DNA of 64,000 bases, from contig OMYE01000016.1 of NCBI GenBank assembly GCA_900315145.1, positions 2,385 through 66,384 of the forward strand, given 5' to 3'. Shown one piece after another: positions 61,173 through 64,000 of the stretch (within the stretch, counting starts at the first letter, position 1; every line of letters starts with the position of its first letter). The notes beneath the pieces are model-generated. The model saw only the letters and a program-made list of their open reading frames with translations, was not told the DNA's origin and did not search any database. Both the position numbers and the translations under genes were made by a program. This DNA is from an uncultured Pseudomonadota bacterium (GTDB lineage: Bacteria > Pseudomonadota > Gammaproteobacteria > Enterobacterales > Succinivibrionaceae).

Positions 61173-61827
61173 TAATCAAATATTGGACTTTATACATTAA
61201 CTCCTGAAGTCTCCTTTTTAAATATCCATACATATGAAGGAGATTTTCCAGCCAGATTCCGTAAATAACCACGGTTCAAAAATATTATGTTTTCTTCCTG
61301 TTTCTGCACGTCATCCATATCCGAATTCCCCATGTCCGCAGTACCATCTGTTCATTTTCTGCCGGATATTTCAAGCATTTAACATTATTTAGGATATGAG
61401 TCATGCCCATACCGTTACCACCTAACGGCAATTTTGTAAAAAGGAATCGGATCGTAAATACCTTAAACCACGATAGTTTCTTTCCGGTAAAGTTGACCGG
61501 AGATAAAATTAAACAATTTATTGGTGCATTCTCACATAAATACATGTTTTGTATTACCAGCAAATGACTGTAATTGTAAACTTAAAACAGGAGTGTTGTG
61601 TTAACTCCGGACTTACTTTTTCAAGCTATCCGGTTCACGACAATATAATGATAGCACCCAATAAATCAAAACAACCGGCCAGCTCTTAAGTCCCGGAGAT
61701 GCCTAATTTTATACCAACAAAAATAAAAAAAGACTAGAATAACCATAAAACAGAAAAACTGAATCATACACTCTTGACTGAATGGTGACACTTCGTCAGA
61801 TAATCACAAATTACGGAGCTATTTTCA

Positions 61828-62733
61828 ATGTCAAAATGTCAACAAATAATCAAAAACGTTTCTCAGGTCATATTGGATAAGGAACAGCAGATAACCCTAG
61901 CTCTAAGTTGTATTCTGGCAAGAGGCCATCTGCTTATTGAAGATTTACCCGGCATGGGTAAAACAACTCTAGCCCGTGCACTGTCCCAGATACTGGGGCT
62001 TCAGTGCCAAAGAATCCAGTTTACAGCCGACATGCTTCCAGGGGACCTTCTCGGTGCAAACATCTATAACGAAAACGAACACCGCTTTGAATTTCACCAG
62101 GGACCTGTATTCACCAATATGCTTCTTGCCGATGAAATCAACCGCGGTTCGCCACGTACCCAAAGCGCACTGCTGGAGGTAATGGCAGAACATCAGGTTT
62201 CCTTTGAACGTCAGACATATAAGATTCAAGAACCTTTTTTTGTTATAGCAACCCAAAACCCTCTAGATCAGGCAGGAACCTTCCCTCTCCCGGAATCACA
62301 GCTTGACCGTTTTACCATGCGTATTGAACTTGGTTTTCCGGCCAGACAGCAGGAAATGCAGATTCTGAAACGAGAAAACAAGAATATTGAGCTTGAACCT
62401 CTCACAACCGGAGAAGAACTGATTAACATGCAGAACGAAGCAGAACAGGTTTTCGCCTCCGACGCCATTATCAATTACATTCTGGATTTATGTGAAGCAA
62501 CCAGGAGGGATCCGGATATTCCGAATCCGTTATCACCAAGAGCTGCCCTTGCCCTGCTTTCCGTAAGCCGGGCATATGCATACGCCAACGGCCGTAATTT
62601 CGTAGCTCCTGATGACGTCCAAACCCTGTTCCCGCACATAGCCGAACATCGTCTGCGCAAGGGAAATCTGGCCACACTGAATGCAAATACCTTCAGCACC
62701 AAGATTCTACACAAGGTTACTCCTAACGTATAA
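61828..62733 (+). CDS. MoxR-family AAA+ ATPase
   Basis: 301 aa with Walker A LPGMGKTTLARAL, Walker B LLADEINR and FFVIATQNP..QAGTFPLPESQLDRF. Confidence 0.9.
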   Translation: MSKCQQIIKNVSQVILDKEQQITLALSCILARGHLLIEDLPGMGKTTLARALSQILGLQCQRIQFTADMLPGDLLGANIYNENEHRFEFHQGPVFTNMLLADEINRGSPRTQSALLEVMAEHQVSFERQTYKIQEPFFVIATQNPLDQAGTFPLPESQLDRFTMRIELGFPARQQEMQILKRENKNIELEPLTTGEELINMQNEAEQVFASDAIINYILDLCEATRRDPDIPNPLSPRAALALLSVSRAYAYANGRNFVAPDDVQTLFPHIAEHRLRKGNLATLNANTFSTKILHKVTPNV

Positions 62734-63061
62734 CCTTTTAAGATGAAGCAGGAACAGTTCTCATGCAGGCCTATCCTGTTTTAGAGCAGTTAAACAATAT
62801 ATTTTTATAAATCCTCAGAAGAAAAAGCCGTGTCAGATTTTTCACGGGAGACTGCGCATTCTGTTCTTATCCTCTGTCGGAAACAGACAGCATGCCTTTC
62901 TAACTTTGAAATATTTTTTATCTGACACAACTGAAGTCTGCCGGATGTTCCGGAATATGAGGAAATAGATACATACAACACCTATCACTAATGATACAGG
63001 TACTACTGATTTTTCAGTATAAAAAAAACAAAAGTGATACAGATATTTAAGGTGACTTGAC

Positions 63062-64000
63062 ATGGCACTACGGAACAAAAAAAGATGGTCTGTGCAGGAT
63101 AACGAATCCCTTTCCAGACGTTCGATATACCTGCTTCCCAACAAAACTGGAATAATCTTTATCATTACCTGTGTACTCATGATTGGCTTCGGTTTGAACT
63201 ACGAAAACAATCTTGTTCTCTTTGTTGCCCTGTTTTCCCTGTCAGCACTGATCACCAGCCTGATATACAGTTTTTTTAATTTAAGAGGTTTGAGTATTTC
63301 ACATAAGGAATCTATCAACAATATATACGCCGGAGGATCCATCAGCATTCCTATTCATCTCAGCAATATCAATAAAAATCACATAATAAGAGAACTGCAC
63401 TTAGCCACTGGACAGGGCCCGGATGTATTTATAGACAATACCCCGTCAAGTTACACAGCACAGTTAAACTGTGTATGTCATCAGCGAGGCTTTTATGATA
63501 TTCCACTAATCAAAGTAGATTCCATCTATCCCCTAGGTCTCATCCGGGCTTTCTCATATTTCAGCATTGAAGAAAAAGTGCTGGTTTATCCTAAGCCACA
63601 AAGCTGCGAATATATGCTGCAGAAAGATCTTAACCGCAGTTCCTTTGACAGTTCCAGACAGCAGGTTCATTCCACAAGAAGTCACGGCAACGATGAAATT
63701 TCCGGCCTGAAAAACTACCGTCCTGGGGATGCCATTAGTCTTATTGACTGGAAACAGCTGGCAAAAGGGAAAGGATTAATGGTAAAAGATTTCTCCGCAG
63801 ACGAATCAATGGATATGTACCTTACTGAAAACAGTATTAAAAGCAGAGAACTTGAGGAACAGATAAGCATGCTTACGTATGCAGTAATTGATCTTACACG
63901 CCGGGACATTCAGTTCGGTTTTCGCTTCAGAGAAATTAATATACAACCGGGAAACGGCTTTGAACATCAGCAGTACATTCTGAGGAGACTTGCTCTCTAC
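63062..64000 (+). CDS. DUF58-domain protein (MoxR partner), 3'-truncated by the window edge
   Basis: Absent from the ORF track because it has no stop. I translated 313 codons by hand from the ATG at 63062 (AAGGTGA SD) to the end of the window without meeting a stop. It has two N-terminal TM segments and the DUF58 motif GNDEISGLKNYRPGDAISLIDWKQLAKGKGLMVKDF. Confidence 0.8.
   Translation, partial: MALRNKKRWSVQDNESLSRRSIYLLPNKTGIIFIITCVLMIGFGLNYENNLVLFVALFSLSALITSLIYSFFNLRGLSISHKESINNIYAGGSISIPIHLSNINKNHIIRELHLATGQGPDVFIDNTPSSYTAQLNCVCHQRGFYDIPLIKVDSIYPLGLIRAFSYFSIEEKVLVYPKPQSCEYMLQKDLNRSSFDSSRQQVHSTRSHGNDEISGLKNYRPGDAISLIDWKQLAKGKGLMVKDFSADESMDMYLTENSIKSRELEEQISMLTYAVIDLTRRDIQFGFRFREINIQPGNGFEHQQYILRRLALY

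Noticed and set aside
62842-63180. 112-aa - strand ORF in the moxR/DUF58 spacer
   Set aside because: It overlaps the well-supported DUF58 start and has an odd composition. The 328-bp spacer is noted, but nothing specific was found in it.
1-64000. CRISPR arrays, rRNA operons, prophage or integron structures, and recognisable defence-system gene sets
   Set aside because: Reading both strands revealed no direct-repeat/spacer periodicity, no rRNA-like sequence, no integrase, and no characteristic defence genes. The only candidate was the solitary methyltransferase.

Overview
This looks like an AT-rich gammaproteobacterial chromosome segment that is mostly core genome. Gene order resembles E. coli: greA/yhbY, rlmE-ftsH-folP-glmM-secG-leuU, fabB/mnmC, ilvIH, pepD, hpt, infA and cspD, plus a grpE-dnaK-dnaJ cluster. 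A low-GC lineage such as Succinivibrionaceae is only a guess and cannot be verified here. I support about 45 CDS, two tandem tRNA-Leu(GAG) genes, one intact IS4-superfamily insertion sequence, and several Rho-independent terminators.

The strongest result is non-coding. Three paralogous ~210-245 nt sRNA genes lie in ORF-free DNA at about 24.46, 25.27 and 28.58 kb, all on the + strand. Each is packed with hairpins that present ACA(A)GGAUGU motifs, which is the signature of CsrA/RsmA-sequestering sRNAs (CsrB/RsmY/RsmZ type). Each also has the same unusual upstream arrangement of GacA/UvrY-like half-sites.

Other oddities:
- An amino-acid ABC permease fused to a substrate-binding domain whose halves are in circularly permuted order.
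- SecG with a ~150-aa C-terminal tail containing 54-bp tandem repeats.
- An orphan gamma-class N6-adenine methyltransferase preceded by a 160-codon in-frame HTH-encoding stretch that has no start codon.
- An ~8.3-kb insertion (sbcCD, dut, one unknown gene) between rlmE and yhbY.
- A methyltransferase-only MnmC next to a 1-kb ORF-free spacer that contains a GC-rich structured patch.

No CRISPR array, rRNA or prophage was seen. All calls come from reading the sequence and recalling protein families. No database search was run, and RNA ends are approximate.
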